A stretch of 64,000 bases of DNA from Deltaproteobacteria bacterium (GTDB lineage Bacteria; JAGRBM01; JAHCIT01), in the NCBI GenBank assembly GCA_026129095.1, contig JAHCIT010000001.1, forward strand, positions 434,245 to 498,244, written 5' to 3'. Shown one piece after another: positions 23,082-32,309 of this stretch; position 1 is the stretch's first letter, and the number at the start of each line of letters is the position of its first letter. The notes beneath the pieces were generated by a model. The model made no database searches. It was not told the DNA's origin and saw nothing but the letters and a program-made list of their open reading frames with translations. A program made the translations under genes and the position numbers.

Positions 23082-24371
23082 ATGCTTGATCTGAAACGCA
23101 TTCGCAAGGATCCCGCCGCCGTTAAAGCCCAGCTTTCCCGGCGACGGCCCGATCTGGACGGAGCCATCGACGAACTGCTGGGCGTTGATGAACAGGCCCG
23201 TACTGCCATTCAGGCATTTGAAACGCTGCAGGCAAGGCGAAAGCAGCTTTCGGAGCAGATCGGGCGCAAGAAAAAGGCGAATGAGGACACGTCAACTACT
23301 GAAGCCGAAGTCCGGGAACTGGCGGAAACAATCAGGATCACTGAACAAAAGCGCGAGGAACTGGACCGAAGCGTCGAGTCGAAGCTGCTGAACATTCCGA
23401 ATGCGCCACATGAATCGGTTCCTGTGGGCGACGATTCAAGCGACAATCCGGTTGTGCACACGCACGGCACGGTTCCCAGTTTCAATTTTACTCCCAAAGA
23501 TCATGTGGAGCTCGGAGAAAAACTCGCCATACTGGATTTCGAACGGGCGGCAAAGATCGCCGGAGCCCGGTTCAGCGTGCTCATAGGCAAAGGTGCCCAG
23601 CTTGAGCGGGCACTCGCCCAGTTCATGCTGGACGTACATTCAAGAGAGCACGGCTACACCGAGTGCTCACCGCCGTTGCTGGTGGAGCCGCATTCTGCAC
23701 TGGGAACCGGCCAGCTTCCCAAGTTCCGTGAGGACATGTTTGCTGTCAGGCTGGCTGATGGCGCGGAAAAATTCCTGATCCCCACGGCCGAAGTTCCGGT
23801 GACTAACCTGCACCGGGAAGAAATCCTGCCGGAAGAATCGCTGCCGAAACGGTACGTGGCACATACGCCCTGCTTCCGCAGCGAAGCCGGTTCCTATGGC
23901 AAGGACACCCGGGGACTTATCCGGCAGCACCAGTTCTACAAGGTGGAACTGGTCCAGTTTGTCCATCCATCGGCGAGCTATGAAGTACTGGAACAGCTGA
24001 CTGCACATGCAGAGAAAATCCTGGACCTACTGGAACTCCCCTATCGTCGCGTAACGCTCTGCACAGGGGATCTCGGCTTTTCATCTGCGAAAACCTACGA
24101 TCTAGAAGTCTGGCTGCCTTCCCAAAAAGCGTACCGCGAGATTTCATCCTGTTCGAACTTCGAGGATTTTCAGGCCCGGCGGACCCAGATCCGGTTCAAG
24201 CCAAAGGGTGGCGGCAAGCCAGAATTCGTCCACACATTGAATGGTTCCGGACTCGCTGTAGGCCGGACCTGGCTCGCACTGCTGGAAAACCACCAGCGCG
24301 AGGACGGAACAGTCGCCATTCCAAGACCACTCCAACCGTACATGGGCGGGTTGACGGAACTGAGGCCATAG
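23082..24371 (+). CDS. serS: Serine--tRNA ligase
   Basis: [44 protein letters not shown]. Confidence 0.98.
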   Translation: MLDLKRIRKDPAAVKAQLSRRRPDLDGAIDELLGVDEQARTAIQAFETLQARRKQLSEQIGRKKKANEDTSTTEAEVRELAETIRITEQKREELDRSVESKLLNIPNAPHESVPVGDDSSDNPVVHTHGTVPSFNFTPKDHVELGEKLAILDFERAAKIAGARFSVLIGKGAQLERALAQFMLDVHSREHGYTECSPPLLVEPHSALGTGQLPKFREDMFAVRLADGAEKFLIPTAEVPVTNLHREEILPEESLPKRYVAHTPCFRSEAGSYGKDTRGLIRQHQFYKVELVQFVHPSASYEVLEQLTAHAEKILDLLELPYRRVTLCTGDLGFSSAKTYDLEVWLPSQKAYREISSCSNFEDFQARRTQIRFKPKGGGKPEFVHTLNGSGLAVGRTWLALLENHQREDGTVAIPRPLQPYMGGLTELRP

Positions 24372-24396
24372 GGCCGGGGCTCGCCAGGAAGCTGCC

Positions 24397-24936
24397 ATGG
24401 CCCGACATGATCTCGTCTCCACCCACGACCCGCTCTCACCGCTGACTCCAGGAGGCCACGTGCGTGCGCCTGTTAGGCTTGTTCTGCATGAGCCTGAAAT
24501 CCCACAAAACACAGGCTCCATAGCGCGGCTGTGCGCCGCCACCCGGACAGCACTGCACGTCGTTGAGCCAGCAGCATTCGATCTGTCCAGCAGCAAGCTG
24601 AAAAGGGCGGGGCTTGATTACTGGCCTCATGTGGAGATGTTCGCCCATGGCAGCTGGAGCGAACTCGAAGCACTCATCAACCGTACGGGTGGCCGCATTG
24701 TTGTCACGAGCAAGAAAACCGGTGTCTCTTACGCGGAGTATGACTTCGAAGCCGGCGACTGGATTGTGATGGGTAAGGAAACCAAGGGGCTTCCTGACCA
24801 TATGCTCAGCCGCTACCAGGAACAGGCTGTCAGGATTCCGATTTATGCGGAGAACGTCCGGTCCCTGAATCTCGCCAATGCGGCCAGTATCATTTTATAC
24901 GAGGCTCTCCGCAAAACTGGCGGATTGCCGGGCTGA
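24397..24936 (+). CDS. trmL: tRNA (cytidine(34)-2'-O)-methyltransferase
   Basis: EPEIPQNTG, RAGLDYW, GKETKGLP, RSLNLAN. Confidence 0.92.
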   Translation: MARHDLVSTHDPLSPLTPGGHVRAPVRLVLHEPEIPQNTGSIARLCAATRTALHVVEPAAFDLSSSKLKRAGLDYWPHVEMFAHGSWSELEALINRTGGRIVVTSKKTGVSYAEYDFEAGDWIVMGKETKGLPDHMLSRYQEQAVRIPIYAENVRSLNLANAASIILYEALRKTGGLPG

Positions 24937-24983
24937 CCCAGAGTCCGGGTGTTTTTGCCGTGAATACGGTACGCTAGTCACCG

Positions 24984-26798
24984 GTGAAAGAAACCAAGGA
25001 CAAACCCGAAGCGGGACTTTCCGTCCGGACCGTCGGCCATTTCGCTCACGACCGGTGGTTGATGGCAGTGTTATCTCTTGTCTACTGGGGTCTCGTGCTC
25101 ACTGTCTGGGGCAGGACTGGAGATGTCGCCACAGATGCATTCAATGATCTTACCACCGTATTCCGGTGGGAATCGGGCCAGAAGCTTTATGAGGAAATCC
25201 AGTGGCTACATGGTCCCATGCCACCCATTCTGGTGCGCACCGTTCGTCTCATATGGGGCCGGACTGTAGAGAGCTATCTTCTCCTGTGTGCTCTATTCGC
25301 CTGGGCCGAGTGGATATTCGCCTGGCATCTTATCCGGCGCCATGCCGGGCCAACTGCATCGGCAATGACTGTTCTGATAATCTGGGCATTTTTCACCTTC
25401 GAACCGGATGTGTTCGCACGGCTTCTGCCGGTAAACTTCTCATCGCTGGCGGCATCAGTATTCGTTCTGGCCCTGCTGAATCTGCTCGATTCAGACTGGA
25501 TCCGCCAACATCGCACTGGCCCGACAATGGCGGCGGCCGCTGTCGCCCTGATACTTCTCACAAAAGTCGAGTTCGGGCTTGCGGCATGGGCCGCCTTGCT
25601 TGCAGCGGTCTCCTTGCGTCCAGAACCCGGAAGGGTGGCAGGTATGGCCGTGGTATTACTATTCCCAGCAGCGGCTTACCTTCTCACCTGCGCGATATTC
25701 CCCTCTTTCTGGGAAATCGCCAGCCCCGCAAAAGTAGCAGGCAACGAATTTGGCCGACTCTATCTTCAGTATGGCGGCTCAATCACGAATCTTAAGACCG
25801 CGCTCCATTTCCTGATGATCGTGGCCGGGTCAACGGTAGTGTTTTTTGGCTTTACGGGATCGGTACTAGCACTTGCAGCAGGCCACTGGAAACGGTCGGC
25901 TGCTATCGTCGCGATCGCAGCAGCAATTATCACTCTCCTGTTTTCCATCGACTGGCTGGGTATTGGTCTTACAACGAGCGAGCGTCTCCGCTGGCATCTC
26001 AGTTTGGCTTTCCTCATCCCCGGCCTGCTCTGGGGCATTATCCAGACGGCACGGGATTCCGGGCACCGTCATGAGCTGCCCCTGATATTATGTGCTCTAC
26101 TCTTGCTCTCACGGACACCGAACCAGCTACTTCCCGCCCGGTACGGGGCTTTCTATCTCCTGCCGGCACTTGTGCTGGCAATTTCCTGGCTTGCAGCACT
26201 AACAAAGAGGCTGGCCAGCCGGAACACAATCCGGGCGTCAGGGATAGTGCTGTTCGCCCTGATGATACCCGCCGGATTTCATGCTGCCACCAGCATTGAA
26301 CGCTTCAGGGCCAAGCGTTACCCGCTACCGGAATCTGCGGGCGCCCTCCGCACCTATGATTTCCGGACCATGGTGATTGGGCCAGCCATCGCGTATCTCC
26401 GGGGAAACCTGAAAGCCGGCGAGAAGATTGCTGTCGTTCCCAACGAGCCGGTGCTTTACTATGCCACCGGCGCACTACCCGCTTGGCCGGACCACAACTA
26501 TATTGGCCACCTAGTACGCGGTGATGACGAACAGGCTCTGGCTGAACTGGCGTTTTCAGAATCGAGATTCATCGTCATGTCAAACCGGCCGTATGCCGAG
26601 TTCGATAATGGGCGTGCGGGTTCCGGTTTTGCGAACTACCTTGGAGCAGAACTCCCACACCGTGCCCGGAAGGTGGCGGAGTTTTCTACGGCACCGGGCG
26701 CGAAAGATGCCCCACAAGGCAAGGTGGAAAATTTCTACCGGATTCGAATATGGGAGGTCCTGCCGACAAGACCTGCTGAAGCCAGCGAACGCCCCTAG
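24984..26798 (+). CDS. Polytopic membrane protein, GT-C glycosyltransferase-like
   Basis: Many TM helices, G.KLY.EI.W.HGP motif, TKVEFG, soluble C-terminal domain. Confidence 0.6.
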   Translation: MKETKDKPEAGLSVRTVGHFAHDRWLMAVLSLVYWGLVLTVWGRTGDVATDAFNDLTTVFRWESGQKLYEEIQWLHGPMPPILVRTVRLIWGRTVESYLLLCALFAWAEWIFAWHLIRRHAGPTASAMTVLIIWAFFTFEPDVFARLLPVNFSSLAASVFVLALLNLLDSDWIRQHRTGPTMAAAAVALILLTKVEFGLAAWAALLAAVSLRPEPGRVAGMAVVLLFPAAAYLLTCAIFPSFWEIASPAKVAGNEFGRLYLQYGGSITNLKTALHFLMIVAGSTVVFFGFTGSVLALAAGHWKRSAAIVAIAAAIITLLFSIDWLGIGLTTSERLRWHLSLAFLIPGLLWGIIQTARDSGHRHELPLILCALLLLSRTPNQLLPARYGAFYLLPALVLAISWLAALTKRLASRNTIRASGIVLFALMIPAGFHAATSIERFRAKRYPLPESAGALRTYDFRTMVIGPAIAYLRGNLKAGEKIAVVPNEPVLYYATGALPAWPDHNYIGHLVRGDDEQALAELAFSESRFIVMSNRPYAEFDNGRAGSGFANYLGAELPHRARKVAEFSTAPGAKDAPQGKVENFYRIRIWEVLPTRPAEASERP

Positions 26799-27679
26799 AA
26801 CATCCGGGCTCCCGCATCCTGACGGCCACGGACTCCCTCTTCACGCACTTCCACCAGTTCACCAATAAAGCGGAGCACTTCTTCTATATCGCGGGCGAAG
26901 AACCTGGCCTTGGACTGCTCATTCTTTCCTACATGAACCGTTGTGGCGAAACTGCCAAGAGCAGCAAATACCGGTTCATCGGTCTGGTCGTCCCCGAAAT
27001 AAATGCAGATATCGCCCTGGACATTGAACCCTACACGACGAAGTGCGGCGACTGCAGCGGTTCCCTTGTCATGACCCGTTTCCTGGACGATCCCAATGGA
27101 AGACTTGGATCGTTCGATCCGCAGCATGGCGGCACGGCCGCCTATAATTTCTCCAAGCCTTGTGCGATCAGATTCCCGCGTAAGTCCATACACGCGAACA
27201 AATCCACCCAGACGTTCGATCTTTACGCCTTTCATTCGTGAAACAGCTTTTTTCAGATCGGAATGCACCTGATCGAGCAAAACCGAACCATGTGTCAGTT
27301 CGATATGCATGGGAAGCCCGACCGGCGGAGCGTACTCCAGCCCGAGACTCCCGCAGAGATGCACATTCACCCCGGCAAACAGCTTTGCCAGTTCGGTAAG
27401 CGGGCGCTCGCTGACAATCCCGGCATAGGTCTGCTTGAGCGCAACCAGATCGGCAAAGTTCTGCCGCGTGGATGACTTCAGCTTTGCCGCTGGTCCATCA
27501 AATTTTGCGGGGACCAGTGTTCCATCCAGGTCAACCAGAAGAAAAAACTTCTGTGCCCAGCGAGCACGGTTAAAGATTACTTTCTTGGCTAGGCGGAGCT
27601 GCTCCATCTGGTTCATTTGCTGGCGAACCGTGACCAAGTGCCTGCCAGCTTCGACGTCCCCCGCTTCGTCCGGATTCAC
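26795..27679 (-). CDS. otsB: Trehalose-6-phosphate phosphatase-like HAD (divergent)
   Basis: DLDGTL, DKG, YFGDDQTDE, TVHVG motifs. Confidence 0.7.
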   Translation of the reverse strand: MNPDEAGDVEAGRHLVTVRQQMNQMEQLRLAKKVIFNRARWAQKFFLLVDLDGTLVPAKFDGPAAKLKSSTRQNFADLVALKQTYAGIVSERPLTELAKLFAGVNVHLCGSLGLEYAPPVGLPMHIELTHGSVLLDQVHSDLKKAVSRMKGVKIERLGGFVRVYGLTRESDRTRLGEIIGGRAAMLRIERSKSSIGIVQETGHDKGTAAVAALRRVGFNVQGDICIYFGDDQTDEPVFAALGSFATTVHVGKNEQSKARFFARDIEEVLRFIGELVEVREEGVRGRQDAGARMF

Positions 27680-28042
27680 CCTGAGGAAAAAGGTATGCCG
27701 GGTTCCGGAAAATTTAAGACCTGCAAAACCGTTTGTTAAAAATACCGCTTTCTCCGACCCCGGTCAACTATTTGAAATTACAGGTATTTAGCCGCGCATG
27801 AAAGCTTCTTTGAGGGCTCTAGCTGCTTTGGAAGCTCCTTAGTTACCACTTTTCGGTGCCATATTCGTATTTTTTTGCGGACTTCTGACCTCTGTCAGTG
27901 GATTTGGTCCACTTTCGACTGATGCTCACGTCACGAAAGGGGGCCGCCGCCAAATCGAAAAGAAAAGCCCGGCAACGCAAAGCCCACGCGGAGCGGTAAC
28001 GGTCTTAACCAAAACAAGGACGCGGTCCCAGGGAGAAGACAA

Positions 28043-28468
28043 ATGAAACTGGAAAAGCTCGCATTCGGTCTGGTGGTCAAGGCGGAACCGCATCACTCAA
28101 TCCGCAAGGTGGCAGGGCTTATGTCAGCCCGGAACGTGGGATCGGTCGTCATCACCGCCCGCAACAAGGTGCTGGGTATCGTTACCGACCGTGATATCGC
28201 TGGCTGGGTTGCAGGCGGCGGCAAGAGCGCCGACAGCACTCATATCGGGGAGATCATGACGAAGTTCCCGCTGGTCGCCTCTGTCGATGATGAACTGGAG
28301 CCGACTCTCGACAAGATGGCCAAGAAGGGCGTTCACCGTATCCCGATCATCACCCGCAAGGGCGATGTGGCAGGTGTGCTTTCCACCGATGATGCCCTCG
28401 TGCTGGTATCGAGGTATCTCGCCGACATAGCCGCGATCGTTGAGAAGCCTCGCGGCAAGAAGAAATAG
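28043..28468 (+). CDS. CBS domain protein
   Basis: VGSVVI, GIVTDRDI, EIMT, VHRIPI. Confidence 0.9.
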   Translation: MKLEKLAFGLVVKAEPHHSIRKVAGLMSARNVGSVVITARNKVLGIVTDRDIAGWVAGGGKSADSTHIGEIMTKFPLVASVDDELEPTLDKMAKKGVHRIPIITRKGDVAGVLSTDDALVLVSRYLADIAAIVEKPRGKKK

Positions 28469-28500
28469 AGAAAAGCCCTTTTCCTTCCGGTACGCCCGGA

Positions 28501-28542
28501 GAAGGTGCCTTCTTCCGCTAACGGAGAAGGTGCCTTCCTTTG
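28501..28542 (+). terminator. Probable intrinsic terminator
   Basis: GAAGGTGCCTTCTTCCG-CTAA-CGGAGAAGGTGCCTTC hairpin followed by CTTT. Confidence 0.45.
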
Positions 28543-28595
28543 GTGTGTCTGTCTCCAATCCATGATAGAAATGCCCGGAGCCATGGAGGTGAATA

Positions 28596-29120
28596 ATGCC
28601 CGCATGGTGGCACATGCTTGTTATCCTGTCGGTCGCACTATGGATTGGCCCGCTCGTCTTTTTCAGTTTTCTGGTTGCTCCGACCGTGTTCCAGTCCCTG
28701 GATATGGAACAGGCTGCCAAATTCATGCGTATGATGTTTCCGCGCTACTATGCTTTCCAAGTAGTGGTTGCAGTAGCCCTGACGGGTTTTGTGGCGGTGG
28801 CCGCGGGAACGGGTAAAGCCGAGACTGTTTTTCACACGGGCCGGGGAGCCGTCGTTCCTGTCTTTATCGGTTTCCTTTGTGCCATGCTGGGAAAGCGCTG
28901 GCTAACCCCACGGGTGAACGAAGCCCGGGACCTCCGGGCAGCAGCAAAGCCGGATACTCCCGAGTTCGCTGAGGCTAAAAAGCAATTCAGTAGATATCAC
29001 CGTATCTCAGTGCAAGTTAACCTGCTCGCCATATTATCGGCGATCACGTTTACCGTCTTCTATGCACTGGCCAGTGCGCCCCGGATGTTCGGACCGGCAG
29101 GACTGGGGCCATCTCCCTGA
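28596..29120 (+). CDS. DUF4149/TMEM205 membrane protein
   Basis: FFSFLVAPTVF, FPRYY, LTPRVN, FSRYHRISV; GGAGGTG RBS. Confidence 0.85.
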   Translation: MPAWWHMLVILSVALWIGPLVFFSFLVAPTVFQSLDMEQAAKFMRMMFPRYYAFQVVVAVALTGFVAVAAGTGKAETVFHTGRGAVVPVFIGFLCAMLGKRWLTPRVNEARDLRAAAKPDTPEFAEAKKQFSRYHRISVQVNLLAILSAITFTVFYALASAPRMFGPAGLGPSP

Positions 29121-29265
29121 CCCTGCCCCTTTTGACTTCCCAGTCCGGAGAAGCCAAGAACGGCCCGCCGCAAGGCTCTGTAGGAGCCAGATGGCCCAAT
29201 CCAGCGCCGCCATGGGGCGGCGGAGCCTCTCGCAAGGGCTTTTAACGGAAGGCGGGTGATTTATC

Positions 29266-29457
29266 TTGATCGAAGTACGCGACGACGAGCCATTCGAAAC
29301 CGCACTCCGCCGCTTCAAAAAGCAGTTTGAAAAGGCAGGACTGTTCGCCGAAATCAAGAAACGTGAGTACTACGAGAAGCCTTCCGTAAAGCACAAGAAG
29401 AAGGCCGCTTCCGCCAGAAAACGTGCGTTAAAGAAAGCCGCCAAGGCAAACCGCTAG
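29266..29457 (+). CDS. rpsU: 30S ribosomal protein S21
   Basis: [20 protein letters not shown]. Confidence 0.95.
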   Translation: MIEVRDDEPFETALRRFKKQFEKAGLFAEIKKREYYEKPSVKHKKKAASARKRALKKAAKANR

Positions 29458-29473
29458 TATTCCATATTGCCAT

Positions 29474-29513
29474 AAAGGCGCGGCACCTTTTCCAGGGCCG
29501 CGCCTTTGTTTTT
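29474..29513 (+). terminator. Intrinsic terminator after rpsU
   Basis: AAAGGCGCGGC...GCCGCGCCTTT then GTTTTT. Confidence 0.75.
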
Positions 29514-29542
29514 CTATCCCAAGGACAGTCAGACTCCCTGTC

Positions 29543-30079
29543 ATGGAACTGATTTACATTACCACCATTACCCATGATCTCCGCGAACTTTCAGCGGCAA
29601 CCCGTTGGGGGAGAGTGACGGTCCATTACAGCGATGACGCCATCCACGCCTGCAGCTTCGATTCAAAGGCCGACACCTGGCGTCCACCTGCCAATGGCAG
29701 TCTTACTGGCACACCGCTCCATGTGCGGCGTTTTCTTGACGAATGGGACCGGTTCGACAAACTTCGCACGTTCAGCGGGCGGTTCGTAGCTGCTGGGACA
29801 CGTTTCCAGCACAAGGTCTGGAAAACCTTGAGGGAAATCCCCTTCGGTGAAACGAACACTTACGGTGGGGTGGCGCGCCGAATCGGCCGACCGGATGCGG
29901 CCCGTGCGGTGGGCATGGGCTGCAATCGTAATCCCCTGCCCCTTCTCATTCCATGTCACCGTGTCATCGGAAGCAACGGATCCCTCACTGGCTTTGCTGG
30001 TGGACTCGATGTGAAAGAACGGTTACTCGCGATGGAGAGTTCCCTTCTGCCGTTGGCCACGAATGTTGTAAATGGATAA
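29543..30079 (+). CDS. ogt: Methylated-DNA--protein-cysteine methyltransferase
   Basis: [25 protein letters not shown]. Confidence 0.92.
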   Translation: MELIYITTITHDLRELSAATRWGRVTVHYSDDAIHACSFDSKADTWRPPANGSLTGTPLHVRRFLDEWDRFDKLRTFSGRFVAAGTRFQHKVWKTLREIPFGETNTYGGVARRIGRPDAARAVGMGCNRNPLPLLIPCHRVIGSNGSLTGFAGGLDVKERLLAMESSLLPLATNVVNG

Positions 30080-30137
30080 AACTTCTTTATTCTCCAATAG
30101 GGAAAATCAAAACTGAGACAGAGAAAGGGCAACTCGC

Positions 30138-30587
30138 ATGCCGACACTTCTGGAACGGCTGAACGAGGATATGAAAACGGCTATGAAGGCCGGCGAGAAG
30201 GACCGGCTGGAAACGATCCGGCTGATCCTTTCGGATACCAAATACAGGAAAGTGGAAAAGGGCGCGGACCTGGACGACGCCGATGTGATTGCCATCTGCC
30301 AATCGATGGTTAAAAAGCGGCGCGAAAGCATCGACCAGTTCACCAAAGGCGGTCGTGCCGATCTGGCGGCCCGGGAAGAAGCTCAAACCAAAGTGATCCA
30401 GTCCTATCTGCCCGAGCAGATGGGCGTCGATGAACTCCAGAAGATTATCGACGGTGAAAAAACGTCCACTGGCGCTGCGTCCATGAAAGACATGGGCAAA
30501 CTGATGAAGGCTGTGCAGGCCAAGACATCTGGCCGCGCCGACGGCAAGCTGCTTGCCGACCTGGTGAAAAAGGCATTGGGCGGCTGA
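30138..30587 (+). CDS. yqeY: GatB/YqeY domain protein
   Basis: DMKTAMKA, KKRRESI.QF, KDMGKLM, GRADGK. Confidence 0.93.
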   Translation: MPTLLERLNEDMKTAMKAGEKDRLETIRLILSDTKYRKVEKGADLDDADVIAICQSMVKKRRESIDQFTKGGRADLAAREEAQTKVIQSYLPEQMGVDELQKIIDGEKTSTGAASMKDMGKLMKAVQAKTSGRADGKLLADLVKKALGG

Positions 30588-30588
30588 G

Positions 30589-31074
30589 ATGCCTACCCAC
30601 AGAAAGCGCACTTTCAGTCCTGATGCCAAGACCACGCTAAAACCTCTCCCGGCCACCGTCGTCAGGCAGGTTGCACGTGCCGTGGAAACGCTACCGCTGC
30701 ACCGGTTTTTGGGTGTCAAACTGATCAGATCAAAGCCCGGCTCCGGCGAAATTCGGCTCAAGGCGGGAAAGAGTGCCGTGAACATTGCCGGTGTTCTGCA
30801 TGGTGGAGTGCTTTATGCACTTCTCGACGCCGCTGCTTACTCCAGTGTAGTGCCACTCCTGAATGAGGGAGAAAATGCCGTTACCCATGACATCCATGTT
30901 TCAGTCCTAAGGCCTGTAATGCTGGGCGAGACGATCGTGTTGAAAGGCCGCGTGCTAAAGCGAGGCAGAACCACCATCTTTGCCGAAAGTGAGGCCGTGG
31001 TAGGCGGGAAACTGGTTGCCACGTCCTGTGTAACCAAGTCTGTTATCCGTCAGGAACTGAAGCCGGCCCGGTAG
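30589..31074 (+). CDS. PaaI family thioesterase
   Basis: N..GVLHGG...ALLD, LRPV, KRGRT. Confidence 0.88.
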   Translation: MPTHRKRTFSPDAKTTLKPLPATVVRQVARAVETLPLHRFLGVKLIRSKPGSGEIRLKAGKSAVNIAGVLHGGVLYALLDAAAYSSVVPLLNEGENAVTHDIHVSVLRPVMLGETIVLKGRVLKRGRTTIFAESEAVVGGKLVATSCVTKSVIRQELKPAR

Positions 31075-31076
31075 CC

Positions 31077-31712
31077 CTATACTTCGCCGGCGCTCGAAAT
31101 CCCTTTCTCGTAATAAAGCTCAACTGTAAGGCCGGTCGCGACAGAAGCCTTGCATGCCTCCCGGATCCCGGAGAGAAAGTCGGCTGCCTCCAACCACGGC
31201 GATGAGGGTTCCTCATTTGCCAATATTCCGGCCAGCTTTTCGGTTTCGAGCAGCAGGCCCGGTGCGGATCCTACCGAGAGACCCGGCTCTTCCATCCAGA
31301 ATGCACGTGGGAACATGAGCGGTACATAGATTCCGGAACTTTCGGCGTGTCGTATCAGATGCGACAGTTTTCCCGGCCCAGCTTCCCGGAAAGCATCACG
31401 AAGGAGTGGATCTCCGGTAGGGTCGATCACACCAGGCGGAGGAACAGGAAGCCTGCCAAAGTCTTCCAGATGCAGGGCCGCACGTCTGAGTTCGTGCATC
31501 AATTCAGGATCGCCAAGCTTCCAGTTTCGGGTATCCGACCTGCCCTGCGCTAATTCCGGCCGCCGGCGTGTTTGCCGCTCAACCTCTGCCAGCATGGCGA
31601 TCACCAATCCGTCGGCTGCATCGCGAATTTTCTTGTATATCTGACGATCAGGATAAATCCCTGCTTCAACGCCCTGATATCCCAGTTGAACCAGCCGCGC
31701 ATATACCGACAT
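31077..31712 (-). CDS. Hypothetical protein
   Basis: 211-aa ORF following the HTH gene on the same strand. Confidence 0.55.
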   Translation of the reverse strand: MSVYARLVQLGYQGVEAGIYPDRQIYKKIRDAADGLVIAMLAEVERQTRRRPELAQGRSDTRNWKLGDPELMHELRRAALHLEDFGRLPVPPPGVIDPTGDPLLRDAFREAGPGKLSHLIRHAESSGIYVPLMFPRAFWMEEPGLSVGSAPGLLLETEKLAGILANEEPSSPWLEAADFLSGIREACKASVATGLTVELYYEKGISSAGEV

Positions 31713-31730
31713 CGCACCAGTCTCCGGCAG

Positions 31731-32132
31731 TCACCTGCGGCGCCTGGGTTCCAGCCGTCCGGAACGGTGTTGCGTCTCGGCACCCCGCAGGAACCATTCC
31801 ATCCGCTCCAACAGGGCGCGTTCAGACTCCGGACCAAGATTCACTGCACGCTGTTTCATTGCTTCCCATTCTGTGTCCAGTTCATCACGGCTGCTGTGCA
31901 TTCCTACGGCCCGGGCTTCGAGGGCTGTCCGTACAAGCCTATTGGCGTCCAGCTCAAGCTGCTTGGCCAGCTTCCGGACAATCGCTGGCGTTGGCACAAT
32001 GGCACCGGATACAGCCTTCTGAAGTGTGTCGTAAGGGACTCCGGCTGCCCGTGCGGCTTCGGCAATCGACTGGAAACCGGCATCGGCAAGAGCTCGCGTC
32101 AAGGTCTGCTGAAACCGGTTTCGGAGTGCCAT
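31731..32132 (-). CDS. XRE-like helix-turn-helix protein
   Basis: SIAEAARAAGVPYDTLQKAVSG...PTPAIVRKLAKQL; AAGAAGG RBS before ATG 32132. Confidence 0.65.
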   Translation of the reverse strand: MALRNRFQQTLTRALADAGFQSIAEAARAAGVPYDTLQKAVSGAIVPTPAIVRKLAKQLELDANRLVRTALEARAVGMHSSRDELDTEWEAMKQRAVNLGPESERALLERMEWFLRGAETQHRSGRLEPRRRR

Positions 32133-32309
32133 ACCTTCTTGAATCCCCATACACCAGGCCGACCCATTGGGAAAGACGGGCAACCCGGCAGGCTTACTTA
32201 TGTATAACCTGCTCCTGTTGCCCGCCGGAAACTGGTTGCGTATAGTGGTTTGAGCCTCAATTCCCACAAGGCAGATCGCCGTTTCCACTGCGGCAGGTGC
32301 GGGTTTTCC

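Noticed and set aside
24372-24396. tRNA-Ser after serS
   Set aside because: The gap is only 25 bp; no tRNA or rRNA signature was seen anywhere in the window
27940-28010. c-di-GMP-I riboswitch suggested by ACGCAAAGCC
   Set aside because: The GGCAAAC...GAAA...GG stem and downstream pairing could not be built
28497-28537. 16-bp direct repeat as an operator pair
   Set aside because: Each copy is self-complementary and together they fold into a hairpin just after a stop codon, better explained as a terminator
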